DNA of 64,000 nt from Octopus sinensis (taxonomy: Eukaryota): NCBI RefSeq assembly GCF_006345805.1, contig NC_042997.1, forward strand, positions 37,324,001 to 37,388,000, written 5' to 3'. How positions within the stretch are numbered: the first letter of the stretch is position 1; each line of letters begins with the position of its first letter. Under the pieces are notes generated by a model, which worked only from the letters and a program-made list of their open reading frames with translations, did not search any database and had not been told where the DNA came from. A program made the translations under genes and the position numbers. Positions 24,745 through 37,590 of this stretch are shown piece after piece.

Positions 24745-25726
24745 TCATTTATATATATATATTATATTATGTGGAATTTGATATAGCATTTCTGAATTGA
24801 ATTTTTTTCCTTGTAAGTTTGGATTTTATTCTCTCAAATAATAATTATTATATATGTGTATATATATAGTCATATGAGTTTACTATATTAAGTAGTGAAA
24901 ATTTCATTCTGAATGGAAAAGCTTGGTATTGTTCTTGGGTTATTTATCACTCGTGTCAACTTGCTTAATTCGTTGGAGCTGACGTTGTTCCTGGTTTTGT
25001 TAGTAATGTGCCTTCGTCATCGAGCAATATTGAACATACCGTTGCCTTAAATAAATGGTTTGAATGAATTAACTTCTTCACAAGAATTGAGACGAGATTA
25101 ATCACTTAGCAAATTGAACTGTGATTCATATATTCAATGTTGTCTGTAAAATCCCTATCAGTGTTATGAGGTGAATGAATCTTACAGGGAGAATTATTAC
25201 GATAAACAAGGTATAGGAAATAAAGAAATAATACAGCTTCCTTTTCGGATTACAAAAAGTTGTTTACATTATTTTGTACGGTGTTTGCCAGAAATAAAAT
25301 CAATAACGTTACTTACTTCACTCTCCGCACAACGTCTTCTACTTGGAAAACGATTAAATTGCATGCTGTGATTTGTGGATTGTCGTGCTGTCGAGATAAT
25401 TAGGTGCAGTACAACAAGTAACTGCATCTTTGCTCATACCGGAAGTTGCGGAACTTTTGGAATGAATAATCATACATTAAACTATTATCTCGTATGTTAT
25501 AATATTATGCCGTTATGATTCCCATGTAAAAGGAATGTGTATTTGTGTGCATGTATGAGTGTGTATGAGTATATGAACTTTTGAAAAACGACAGTATATA
25601 TACTCAGGATATTAGATAATATGAAGGTCTTCAAACGAGTAACTATTCCATTCCTTTTGAGACATTATGCTTACAACCTTCAGTGATATTATATTTATTT
25701 CATCATGACTGATATATATATATATA

Positions 25727-26487
25727 TAAGAGCAAAACGCCCCCCGTCCAATGGAGTTGTCAAACATTTAAACCAAATTTTGTCAAAACATTTTGTCCGA
25801 CCGTCCCATAGTACTCCCATTTGAGAAAAACTTATTTAACCTAAATTTGCAGAAATAAAGATAGATTTGTTCCTATTCCAAAGAAAAACGATTTTATTCA
25901 CACAAATATGAAACCGAAGAGTTTAAAGTACCAGTAATGATAAGGCTGTTGACTGGGAGAACACAAACATGGTTTAAACAGTAAGCTTGGCAGGAAAGAA
26001 ACGTGCTTTTAAGCAATACAAAAACAACAAAAAATGAAAGGTGCAGTTATGTACAGGTTGACGGAAAAAAAGCAGGACAAAACTGATGCATGCAAATGGG
26101 TTAGCTCGAGATAAATCTAGATGGAAAAGCATGACGATTTTTTTGCGCAAACTGCACGTGCATTTTTCTCGTGTACCCATAGTATCGATCGCAATAGCTG
26201 ATGTACTTGCGCGTACAAATGCACATTCCCACGGCTTTATCGATCGCATTCTCACTTGGAATCGATTTTTGTAATTTTTTCAAGACTTCTACACGCCCTG
26301 ATACAGTCTGTATTTACATATCAAATTTGAGCGCAATCGGAGTGAGGATGCCTGAGATCCTAGAAGACACACACACAGACAGACAGAACGGATTTTATAT
26401 CATATATATATATCAATATATATATATATATATATATATATAGATATATATAGATATATATAGATATATATATAGATATATATAGAG
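25727..26487 (+). mobile_element. putative non-autonomous Helentron/Helitron-like element
   Basis: 3' end caaatttgagcgcaatcgg..(CA)n(GACA)n..ttttatat followed by repeated tatatatag units; architecture recalls DINE-1/HINE-type elements. Confidence 0.45.
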
Positions 26488-26497
26488 ATGCTCGATA

Positions 26498-26592
26498 TGT
26501 TGTTGTTGTTATTATTATTCAGGTAACTGCCAAGAATCTTGATCGGAAGCTTGCGGTTAGTAGCCCCCGTTCTTAACCACTACGCCATATGC
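26498..26592 (-). mobile_element. SINE-E: tRNA head directly followed by an (AAT/AAC)n tail
   Basis: gcatatggcgtagtggttaag..gatcaagattc..cctgaataataataacaacaac. Confidence 0.7.
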
Positions 26593-26599
26593 GTGAGCA

Positions 26600-28170
26600 A
26601 TTATAGAGTGAATTTTATCGCTTATAAATCTAATATTCTCGTATCCTTCCTTTATACTGGTTCCCATATGCTGTTCATATCTGCACTCGGTCTGCTTAGG
26701 AGGTTGTTGTGTCCTAGCATAAGGGCTGCTTCTTTTCCTTTTCGTATTCTCCAGTGGTGTTCTCTGTCTATTATTTTATCTTCATCCCATGGGGTGAGGT
26801 GATCAGCTATACCCGATTTATCAATATCTTCCCGTGTCACAGCTTTGCGATGATCCTTTTCACTTATTTTGAGGGTCGGCATGTTTCTCCTTTGTATAAC
26901 CTACCACTGCTGCATGGGCTAGAGTACACACAGTCAGTTCTTAGTCATATTTTCGTCTATGGGTTGTTTTACTCGAAGGAGATATTTGCGAAGTTTTGTA
27001 TTACTTTTGAATAGTCCTAATGGCATATGGGCTGCATATCTTTTGTATCTTTTCGGGGAGGCCTTTCACATAGGATAGACACACTGTGGACAGTATATCG
27101 TTTCATCCCCTATTTTCTTCCTATTGGAGTGGAGAGTATGATTTTGGGGTAGTTGTTGCTTAATAGATTGTTACTGAGCTTGATCATTTCTTCGTGGTGG
27201 GTATCACGATCTCACCTTAAATTCATTGCTCGATGTATTAGTCACTGAGCAATCTCGCTCTTTACTCTGTATGGATAGTGGGAGTTGAAGTTGAGGTATT
27301 GAAGGTCGGCTTGTGGTATACGGATGTCCTGAACCCATACTTGCTGCATGTTATCAATACGACTGAATGTCTTTTTCGTTTTTCCATTGTGAACTGTATG
27401 GATGGCTTTATTGAGTTCACATGATCGAACAGCACTTGTACATTTTCCTCGTGGAGCCATCAATAAGGTGTCATCAACATATCTCAACCATAAGGTTTGT
27501 TTTAGTAGTGTTGATCCTAAAGCCAAATTCTCAAAGTATTCCATGTATATATTGGCTATTATCGGTGATAAGGGCGAACCCATAGCTAAACCCTCTTCAC
27601 GTCGATATATATCAGTGTCCATACTGAAGTAGGTAGTTTCTACACAAAAGGTCAACATTTCTATCAAGTTTCTTATTGGTGTACTAGTGCGCTCTTTTAG
27701 ATGGGTGTCTGTCACTAGTTTTTCTTGAATCACCAATATTGCTCCACGACTTGGGACTTTGGTGAAGAGAATTATCACATCTAGACTCACCATCTGTTTG
27801 GATTCAATTCTGTCAAGTGGGTGAAATTCTTCATGTACGATGCTGACTTTCCTGCTAATGGATGAATATATCCACAAGGAAGCGGCTCAGTAGATTGCAT
27901 GCTGAACCTCTACAGCTCATTATATGTCTTAATGTAATACCATCCTTGTGAATCTTAGGAAGACCGTACATATGTGGTAGTTTACTGCAGTCTTCAGTTA
28001 GTTTTCTGTACTTCATTGGTGTAAAGTTATCCTTGTTCTTGATCAAGATCTGTGACAACTCCCTCTGTTTTCAAAGTAGGGCCTTTCTTTACTTTGTTGT
28101 AGCTACTATCACTTATAAGATTTGCCAGGTTTTCCGAATCATCAGACTTGTTCATCACCACTGCCGCATT
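26600..28170 (-). mobile_element. Penelope-like retroelement pseudo-ORF (RT + GIY-YIG)
   Basis: MYGLPKIHK; SLDVIILFTKVP; GLAMGSPLSPIIANIYME; LRYVDDT; CVYSSPC..YKGET; SGIADH..WDEDKIIDREHHWRIRKGKEA; frameshifted. Confidence 0.92.
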
Positions 28171-28329
28171 TCCCTTGCATTTGATATGCTTGTAAGTACG
28201 AGTGCAGATATTTGTACCAGTACGTGTACATGTGTTTGGCTTATATGCCTGTATATATCTGTTTATATAAGGAACATTTCTAAGTTAAATATAACCGATT
28301 TTTACGTAATTATATAACCATTAAGTTTA

Positions 28330-28630
28330 AATGTGAGCATGGAGAAGATTCCAGATAGACAGTATTTTGAGAATGAATGGTTGAGATGGTAGCTAGTGCC
28401 AGTAAAGTTATGTTTGAGTTAACGTCGTTAGTGAGAGTTGTAAAGATGAATGCGTTCATGAGCGGAAGTTATGATAGTAACTATTTGAAAAAAAGAATAT
28501 CATTTGAGTGGATGCATTATCTGTAGTGCAGATGCTGGAGTGTGTCCGTTAGAAATAGAAGGTCAATTAGCTGAGTGGATATTACACCGATGTCTACCTG
28601 CATAATGGGAGAACTGTCCCATATGCATGC
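28330..28630 (-). mobile_element. possible decayed PLE 3' region
   Basis: Weak similarity only (HERIHL-like terminus); many stops. Confidence 0.25.
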
Positions 28631-28880
28631 TAAGTATTCTATTCATCTATATAGACTGTCAACAGATTATACGGACTGAATACTCATGGATATATTATTT
28701 CTATGGGCAGGCATGATATCTATGATAGAAGTGTTTATTTCAAAACCAACCACATTCCAAATAATAGAATACCGTTGTGTTCACTTATTAAGAATTGTGA
28801 GAAATCTAGCAAAAGCAAATATTTGGTTAACCAAGATTTTGTCCTACATATCAAATGATTAATGACGAAACTTTACAAAT

Positions 28881-29132
28881 ACTTTTTTACTTGTTTCAGT
28901 CATTTGACTGCGGCCATGCTGGAGCACCGCCTTTAATCGAGCAAATCGAGCCCGGGACTTATTCTTTTGTAAGCCCAGTACTTATTCCATGAGTCTCTTT
29001 TGCCGAACCGCTAGGTAACGGGGACATAAACACACCAGCAACGGTTGTCAAGCAATGCTAGGGGGACAAACACAGACACAAACACACACACACACACGCA
29101 CACACACACACACACACGCACACACACACACA

Positions 29133-29174
<42 letters not shown>

Positions 29175-29339
29175 TACGACAGGCTTCTTTAAGTTTCCGT
29201 CTACCAAATCTACTCACAAGGCATTGGTCGGCCCGGGGCTATAGCAGAAGACACTTGCCCAAGATGCCACGCAGTGGGACTGAACCCGGAACCATGTGGT
29301 TGGTTAGCAAGCTACTAACCACACAGCCACTCCTGCGCC
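28881..29339 (-). mobile_element. SINE-A, young full-length copy
   Basis: Near-identical to 23591-24004. Confidence 0.95.
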
Positions 29340-31393
29340 TATAGCTACTTATTTGAGAATAATTTGAATAGAAATGAACAACGAACTACTCGTTATCTTA
29401 TAAATACAGTATCCACTCTATTTTTGTGATTACTCATCTACCTTGGCAACCAAAAGTTAAACTCCATCTACCTTCAATCAGAGCCTAACTTAAATCATGA
29501 AAATGGAAACGGTGCAACATGGTGTTGGATAAATTGTACTGGAGTTAGATTTGCGCTGATTGACGCCATCTACTGGGTCATTTGGTGCCTTTACCGAATA
29601 AATGCTAGGAGAACTGTAACATAATAGTATTTCTCTAGAGTAATGTCATTTAGGCCCCAAAGAATAGGGAGTAATGTTTTGTTAAACTGTCTTATGTAAA
29701 TAAATATTACATTCTTCCACACTCCAAGACATTCAATATAGTTGAAAATATATCTGATTTGTACGGCGTTCTGAACATTCCATTCAAATGCCAACTGAAA
29801 GATATTCTAGCCTCCCGTTACGATTTAATCTCTATTGGTTGTATTCATTCTATGTTAGATATGTTTTAACTTTTTGTATCATTTGCCAAAATTTCGTCCT
29901 TTTATTGACGCGAAGATAACTAAAGCATGATAGAACAACTAAGAGTTAAATTTCAATTATTTATACAACTTTTTCCCTTGCTATTCCTGACGAATATTTT
30001 CAGAATGACAGGGAAATTAATGATTGCGAGCCCTTCTCTTCTATAATTCTGAATTCGTATCGTTATTCATTAAATATGTATTAAAGTTCCTAGATTTTGT
30101 TTATAAAGACTTGTTTTTGAAAACCGAGAAAGTATATGAAACAAATAATACTCATGACACATAATTTAATAGCATTATTACAGTCAGTAAGTTTATATAT
30201 GAAGAACAAATTTAATTAGACTACACTCATATCTTACAAGTTATTTGTAAATTTGATTCTAAGGAAATACATCTAACAAATTTAGACGGACGCTTTTATA
30301 TGTGAATTTCTTAATATCCGTACTTTGATGATTTATATAATAAATTTGCACAACAAATTTCCATCTGCTACAACAATAGGACGTCCAAATTATTTTTCTT
30401 AATGAGATACTGTCTATAACTGCGGCTTCACTGTAATTACAAATAGTAAGTATTCTTGTTCACAAGAAGTTTTTAGTTTTATTTAAATGAAGATTTATTG
30501 CCAGTTTCCTCCTCAGACTTCTGGCTCTTTTAAACAGTAAATTTATATTATTTACAAAACTCACGCCTAGAATAATGTATCGGATGCAAGAGCTTTTCTC
30601 GGTTCTATTTTTATTAATCGAATGGCTCCATTGTTGTTATATTCCAAATTGCTGCTATTATGAAAATCCACTCGCAATATTCCCACAATCTCTCTTCAAG
30701 AGTTTTAATCCCTATTTGTGTTTCTTTGCTAATTCCAAAACATTTTAACTGCATAGGAATACATTTCTATACAGAAACTGAAATAGATTTATGTGTATTT
30801 TACATATCAAGCTAAAAATCGTAGTTAAAATATTCAGTGAAGTTCGAATTGATAGGGTTTGCGAACTGTGCTTTGGTGCATTTCATTGAGTAGAGGTGCA
30901 ATTGAATATGAAAACTTTTTTCTTCTTAGAGTTGCCCAAAATGTTGGAAAGATTAAACAGCATATTGCGCTGAAGCGCGAACAAAGGTTAATGCTCGTAC
31001 ACAATAACAAGGGATTGATTCATCCTGCATTAAAACTAAGGAAAAGCAATCATTTGGAATAAATTTTCATAGACATTATTTCCTGTGACAAAAGTGACGT
31101 TAAATAAGTTGATAGCATGAATAATTTGCAATAGATCATTCAAACACATTAGACGGTGGGAATTCCGTATCCCCACATTGCAAACCAATTAAAGGACCAT
31201 GAACAAGCATCAACTTTCGTTTCGTCAGTGTTTATACATGGATAAACGTCTTTGGAGGTCATATCTAAAACATTACCTGGCATGTAGTTGCTAAGACAAT
31301 TATGATCACATATTCTATACAAAAATACATTTTTACGGACTATCAGTGTGAATTAATAATTATGACACGTAACTGATAACCTCTCTCTCTCTC

Positions 31394-31778
31394 TCTTTTA
31401 CTCTTTTACTTGTTTCAGTCATTTCACTGCGGCCATGCTGGAGCACCGCCTTTGGTCGAGCAAATCGACCCCGGGACTTATTCTTTGTAAGCCCAGTACT
31501 TATTCTATCGGTCTGTTTTGCCGAACCGCTAAGTAACGGGGACGTAAACACACCGGCATCGGTTGTCAAGCAATGCTAGGGGGACAAACACAGACACACA
31601 AACATATACACACACGCTTATATATATATATACATATATACGACAAGATTCTTTCAGTTTCCGTCTACCAAATCCACTCACAAGGCATTGGTCGGATCGG
31701 GGCTATAGCAGAAGACACTTGCCCAAGATGTCACGCAGTTGGACTGAACCCGGAACCATGTGGTTGGTTAGCAAGCTA
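31394..31778 (-). mobile_element. SINE-A lacking the extreme 5' end
   Basis: Near-identical to 23591-24004, truncated inside the tRNA head. Confidence 0.93.
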
Positions 31779-32197
31779 AGATTTATCAAAGTTTCAGAAG
31801 AGCTCAAAAGAGTGAGAAGCTATTTCAGTAATCATGGCTAGCTTGTACGTCTTTCATAATTCTGCTTGGGCTGAAGGTAATTGTGTTCACAGCAACAATA
31901 AAAAAGAAACAGAGAAAATTTGAATGTTTTTCATAACAACGAATTGATGCGGTTAGCGTTTGAATTAGCCATCATGGTTAATGAGAAATTCTTTAGCAAC
32001 AGAGTAGACGACAAAACATTTACATAGTACGTAAAGAAAATCTGACTATATTTTGATGCAAATCCCAACCCTAAATATCTATTCGAGTATATGTTTATTT
32101 ATATATGTGTGAGTGTGTGTGAGTGTCTGTGTGCGTGTATGTATGTATGTATGTATATTAATCTGATCTAATACTGTTTCCGACGCTGATATTGAAT

Positions 32198-32228
<31 letters not shown>

Positions 32229-32244
32229 CAGACACACACACACA

Positions 32245-33450
32245 CATGCAGAAAGTAAATAGGCACCTTTAATTTTCAAGATATTTTTTATTTAAAAGTG
32301 AACAATTGAAATGTAATCGATAGGTAGGACTACGTACTTTAGTACTTAGCTGACGTTCACTTTGCAGTTTTTAATTCCGAAACTCTTTTTGGCATTGAAC
32401 TGAGGAGATTTGTGATTGTCTCTTGTGGAATTTCGGCCTGCTTCTAGGCAACAATCGAAACAATTCATTTTACATTTTACTTTCTGTCGAGTTTTTCGTA
32501 TAGCTCTATCTTGTATGCTCCAAAGATTTTCAATTTTCAGTCAGCCATTGTTGATTCCTTTTCGCTGTGTGGCATGGAGCCCCATCTTCCATGAATATAA
32601 ACTCATTTTTCGTTATGTTATCGTGTGCATACATTGACATTGAAAGTAGTCCTTGCTTAAGTATTTCGATTTATTTTTCAGAGTTTATGGTTCCAACACA
32701 TTCGACCATCTCAGAACGACCACTGCTGGTGACAGCTCTCCATACTATTACAGAGATGCCGCTATGTTTCACAATTAGTTGGAGTCGCTTCATATCAAAT
32801 TCTTGATTGGGAATCCTCCGGACACAAACACGTCCACTGTCTGAAAATAACGCACATCTTGATTCATCTGCGAAAATCACAATCCCAAAATGAACTGGAT
32901 TTTTGTGACATCACATTCGCCCATTTCTTTCTTTTCGTGATATTAATTGGTTGAAGGAGAGGTTTTCTTCTAGTTGCTTGTCCATAATTCCCAAGCTTAT
33001 GCAGATATGTAACATACGTTCTTGGACTAACTTCTATCTAATTTGCAATGTCAGAATACTTTCGAACGGTGTTCGTTTTCCACAATTCTCTTTACATAGT
33101 GAAGCATCCTTTCTAGGGTCCTGGTCGGCCGGAACGAGAATCTGTTGATTCTTTTCCTTGGCTTTTGAATTGCACTATAATTCTATTAACAGTCGCAAGA
33201 GGAATTTGATGATTTTCGGCAATTTTTCGCTCGCTAAATCCACCCTCAGATTGTCCCAAAAATACGACCTCTTTGAAAATCTGACACTTCTGCTGAATTT
33301 TTTGTGCGTGGCATGGTTACTCTTCGCAAATGTTTGATATATTGGTTCCTGGAATGAAAAACGAATAATTACATTGTAAATTCTACACCACTGAAAACAT
33401 ATTAGATCAGAAATTTTGAAAATGAAAGGTATCTATTTACGTCCAGCATG
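32245..33450 (-). mobile_element. Tc1-like DNA transposon fossil with both TIRs
   Basis: IFADESR, VIVWRAV, FIFMEDGAPCHTAK, IENLWS; imperfect TIRs 32245-32317 and 33368-33450. Confidence 0.88.
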
Positions 33451-33453
33451 CCT

Positions 33454-33516
<63 letters not shown>

Positions 33517-33543
33517 CATAAACACTTATATATATATATATAT

Positions 33544-34533
33544 ATTGATACTTTGATAATTTGATAGGTTTCGGTCAGTTTTGGCCCAGGGCATGTCTAA
33601 ATGGCAGCACCTGGTGAAGTCATTCAAATCAGGAATCATGGCCCACACGAGTAGATAGTTATTGTTTACGGGACATATCCGGCTGTAGGCGGTTTACTTT
33701 GGATTTCTTGAAGGAATTTGTCCCAAAACTTCTTGAACTTTATAGGGTCTGTTCCTGATTTAATGTGCTCCCGTGTAATGTTACGAGCGGGGACAATTAA
33801 GGTAAAATAATTGTGCCGTATTGTTGTTATGTGATGTGAGTATAATTTATGTCATGGGCGGTTAGCACAGGGCCCAAGTCTTAAGTGGATCTTAAAGATG
33901 ATGCCAACATCATTTGGGCAATGCTGATAGGACATTTTCTACAACAGGCGGATGATGTAGCATTCACGGCGGCCTTGCAGAGAATAAAGCTTGAGCTTTT
34001 CTTGTCGATCCCAAGGACTGTCATGCCATCTATCTTGTTTATACAACAGTATTCAAGGTGGGGTCGGTAAAAAGTTGAGAAGAGAATGATAATGGTCTGG
34101 ATATATTTCGGCTGGCAGGTTCTGAGTATCAAGGAACATATTCTGTGGACCCTGTCAAATTTGATGTTTACATGGGCGGCTCAGCGTATGTTGTAGTAAA
34201 CACAATTACTACCAAGTTTCTGATGCTGTTGGATGCTAAGAGAGTTTCACATGAAGGAAGTGGGTATGGGAGTGTCAGGGTATTCCCTTTTACGAAGTGG
34301 ATTAACTCAAATTTGTCCTTGTTTAGAGGCATATTATTATTTTCTGACCATTGCAAGATAACCAGTAGAGCTTACTGAAGTCATGTTCGGTAACTCACTC
34401 CACTGAACTTCTGGATCTTGGAATCTTCTGCAAAGTTTCCAATGTTGCTGTGCTTGATGATATCAGTAATGCCATTGATGTAGCTGATGAAAAGAAGTGG
34501 GTCCAACACAGTGCCTTGTGGAACACCACTACT
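33544..34533 (-). mobile_element. CR1/L2-group LINE 3' fragment, second family
   Basis: SGVPQGTVL.PLLF, FAEDSK, NNMPLNKDKFELIHF, RPHLEYC; tail of (tatcaaaN) units. Confidence 0.85.
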
Positions 34534-34567
34534 GATTTATATATATATATATATATATATAACATAT

Positions 34568-34810
34568 TAGAAACAAACACCTTTTATCAATTCAAAATGA
34601 ATAATTAAATTACACCATCTAGAAAATTACATATAATAGAAAAGTTAAAATTCAAATAACAAAAAAAAATAAAGATTAAGTAAATTACAAAAATAATATA
34701 ATGTATATAATAGGTAGAAAAACGACACGTGCTTTGCTACTTTATTATCTCCCCTTCTTCCTAGCTCTCCTGTGTCTGGATTTTATTCCCTCAAATAATT
34801 ATTATATATA
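34568..34810 (+). repeat. dispersed AT-rich repeat, same family as the 24465 foldback arm
   Basis: aacaccttttatcaattcaaaatgaa.aattaaattacaccatctagaaaattacatataatagaaa shared. Confidence 0.85.
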
Positions 34811-34863
34811 TAGTGTGTAAACAACAAACACATGTATTAGTTTAACGCTAGGGAAGTGAGAAA

Positions 34864-34900
34864 GGCTTTTACGTTTTGAACCTGCGTTCTTCGACAGAAT
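34864..34900 (-). ncRNA. degenerate minimal hammerhead motif
   Basis: UU-CUGUCGA-A-GAAC-GCAG-GUUC-AAAACGUA-AA; A6 and G12 mutated. Confidence 0.45.
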
Positions 34901-35039
34901 GGAACACAGAAATAAACAGGGAGAGAAAATAGAAAGAGGATTAGTGGTTAGCGATCTATCATGGCGAATACCAGAGAGGGTTCACACAGGAGAGCTAGGA
35001 AGAAGGGGAGATAATAAAGTAATGGTGTTCCCGAAATGA

Positions 35040-35500
35040 AGGTGCGCATGCTTGTTTATGTGAGAGCGTGTATGTGTGTGTGGATGGTGGCTGGTAACAG
35101 TGACGTGTGCGTGTGTCCATGTGTAAGTGTGTGGATGATAGAGTAGGTGCTTGGGATTGGTCAGTGCTAGTGTGTGCGCTGGTGTGGGTGCTAGGAAGTA
35201 GTCAATGCTAGTGTGTGCAAGGGTGGTGTGATGTGGTAGTGTGTGGTATGGTGGTGTATGTTGTGGTGTGTTCGCGTTGGGGTGTGGGGTAGGCGAGAGT
35301 GGGGTATGCAAGGGTGGGGAGGGGCGAAATGAAATATATAGGGATGGTGGGGTTGGAATGTGTAGGGTGGGGGGTAGCAATGGAGGGGTGACAATGAAAG
35401 GAGAGAGTGGAAGTGGGAAGGTGGGTAGAAGTGAAGACAGGAAGTAGGTGCCGGAGCAAGAGAGGAGAGGTGGGTGTGAGGACGTAGATGTGAGAGAGAG
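35040..35500. repeat. G/T- and purine-rich low-complexity tract
   Basis: Decayed (GT)n/(GGT)n/(GA)n. Confidence 0.8.
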
Positions 35501-36125
35501 ACAGGAGAAAGGGGGAGGATTAGATTAAGAGAGGAGAATACACAACTCAGAAATGATATCAGAGACGTCATGACAATATAGCAAAGATTTCCATTGGACA
35601 CTTTGCAAACAGTATGGATTTGACAGAGCATAAATTTGGTACGAATATAAACACTAAGGCATCACCGAAAAGGATTATGCAAAGATCCTATGGAATATGC
35701 ATGGTTCAGTGTGATTTTGAGATAGAAATCAGGAAACCAGACAGTTTTAATAGAAAAAGAAAGCAAACTATGCTGGACCATAGACATAGCATTCCCAGCT
35801 GACAACAATGAATGCGATAAGAAAGAAATGTCGATAGATATGACAGGTTAGCTTGGGAGGTTAAGCAGTTGTTGTGGCTGAAAAAGGTAGAGGTTGTAAC
35901 AATAATTGTGGAGCCCTGAGAACAGTGAGTAAAACTCTTGAGAAGTACAAATAGGGGCTTCAATAAGAGTCGATCACTTGCAAAAAAAAAACTACAGCCC
36001 TGCTTGGAACCGCTCGAATACTTCAGATGGTGCACGAAAATTAAGGGGTGTTACTTTAGCTCGGTGGTTGTGAACAGCTGGCACCGTAGTACATCACCTG
36101 CGTTAGAGGTTGTGCAAAGGCAACA

Positions 36126-36158
36126 AATAATAATATTAATGATAATAATGAAAATGAT

Positions 36159-36241
<83 letters not shown>

Positions 36242-36286
36242 TAATAATAATAATAACAATAATAACAATAATAATAATAATAATAA
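36126..36286. repeat. (AAT)n/(AAC)n microsatellite
   Basis: Direct reading. Confidence 0.98.
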
Positions 36287-36767
36287 GGTCACAGAAAACG
36301 AGAAAGCGACCATACTCTGGGATATGCCGATACACACAGATAGAGAAATTAAGGCCAACAGACCAGATATAGTTGTCAGAGATCATGAAGAAAAAAAATG
36401 CTTTCTAATTGATGTATCAATACCGGCAGATGACAATGTGTCTCTAAAAGAAATGGAGAAACTCTCAAAATACAAAGACCTGGAAATAGAGGTAACTAGA
36501 ATGTGGAACCTGAAAACAGAAACAATTCCTATCATAGTAGGGCATTAGGCATGATAAAAAATATTCAGACAAATACATAACAAAAACACCAGGATTACAA
36601 ACACATATAACATACAGAAAATTGCACTACTAGCACTGCACACATCCTACGCAGAACATTTCCATACAATAACCGTCAGAGCATCACAACACATCACAGC
36701 ACATACCAAGGCACACAGAGCTGCGCTCGGTAGTGAAGTGAAAGCAGCTATAAAAATAAAACTACTG
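36287..36767 (+). mobile_element. R4/Dong-type LINE 3' end with restriction-like endonuclease
   Basis: ILWDMPIHTDREIKANRPDIVVRD..CFLIDVSIPAD..KLSKYKDLEIEV..IPIIVG; (AAT)n on both sides. Confidence 0.92.
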
Positions 36768-36788
36768 AATAATAATAATAATAATAAA

Positions 36789-37334
36789 TGCTCTGATGCA
36801 GTACATGCAGTGGCTTTCATGGATTATCATCGTAAGTGATTGGAAATGTTATCATGTACACTGTTTTGTCATGGTATAAAAGATGGGCTACAGCAAATAT
36901 TTTGCTCGGCACCACAGATTTGCTTGTCAGTTGTTTGACCATAACCAGTGGAATATGTCATCTGGTGGCTGGTTATATGTATATCTCTTATCATTAGCAT
37001 ATGTAGTGGAGGTGCATCATTGCCAATTGTTAAGAGATATTCTCTGAGGTTTGAATCATTCACTACTGGAAACAGCGTGTTTTGTTCAACATGTTGAAAC
37101 AACCCTTATTCGGGGACCATTTTGAGGGGGACGAGTTACTCGACGTGTAGAAAATTCTAACTGGGCCCCAAATGCAAGGTCATACACTGTTAACCTTGAT
37201 ATGAGATCACCAGGTTACGCACATATGGTTGTTATACATGTGCATGGTGTACCCTTATCAGACAGGTAATCATGTTCGGGATACTGGGTTTAGTATATTT
37301 TACTGCAATGTCACTTCTATGGCATTCACGACTC
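36789..37334. mobile_element. ~545-bp non-coding element bounded by (AAT)n on both sides
   Basis: Higher GC than flanks, sharp (AAT)n boundaries at 36768-36788 and 37335-37361. Confidence 0.55.
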
Positions 37335-37361
37335 AATAATAATAATAATAATAATAATAAT

Positions 37362-37590
37362 ACTATGTGATGTACGATTAAATGACAAATTACTAGGAAA
37401 AATGTGCAAGTATGTGGACTATGGTGCGAGTGTCTGTCATCCCAGCAGTTTTAGGGGCACTCGAATTGTTAAGAAGCAAGTTCGTGAAATTTGTCAGAGA
37501 AGTCAGAATTGATGAGAGCAGAACAAACCCCAAAATTGCTATGTCGGGGACAGCTAGTATTTTGAGATTGGTACTTGAGTGCTGAACGTC
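37362..37590 (+). mobile_element. R4/Dong-type LINE C-terminal relic, different subfamily
   Basis: SMWTMVRVSVIPAVLGALE...KIAMSGTASILRLVLEC*; starts at the (AAT)n edge. Confidence 0.7.

Noticed and set aside
13873-26592. tRNA-like sequences with A/B boxes (14140-14201, 15051-15125, 26520-26592 and SINE-A/B heads)
   Set aside because: No complete cloverleaf, and each continues into a SINE body or tail, so they are not tRNA genes.
30566-30768. Minus-strand segment with strong acceptor and donor, and a GAIRLIK peptide echoing GAIKLIK at 47856
   Set aside because: Stops in all three frames; the 7-aa match is probably coincidental.
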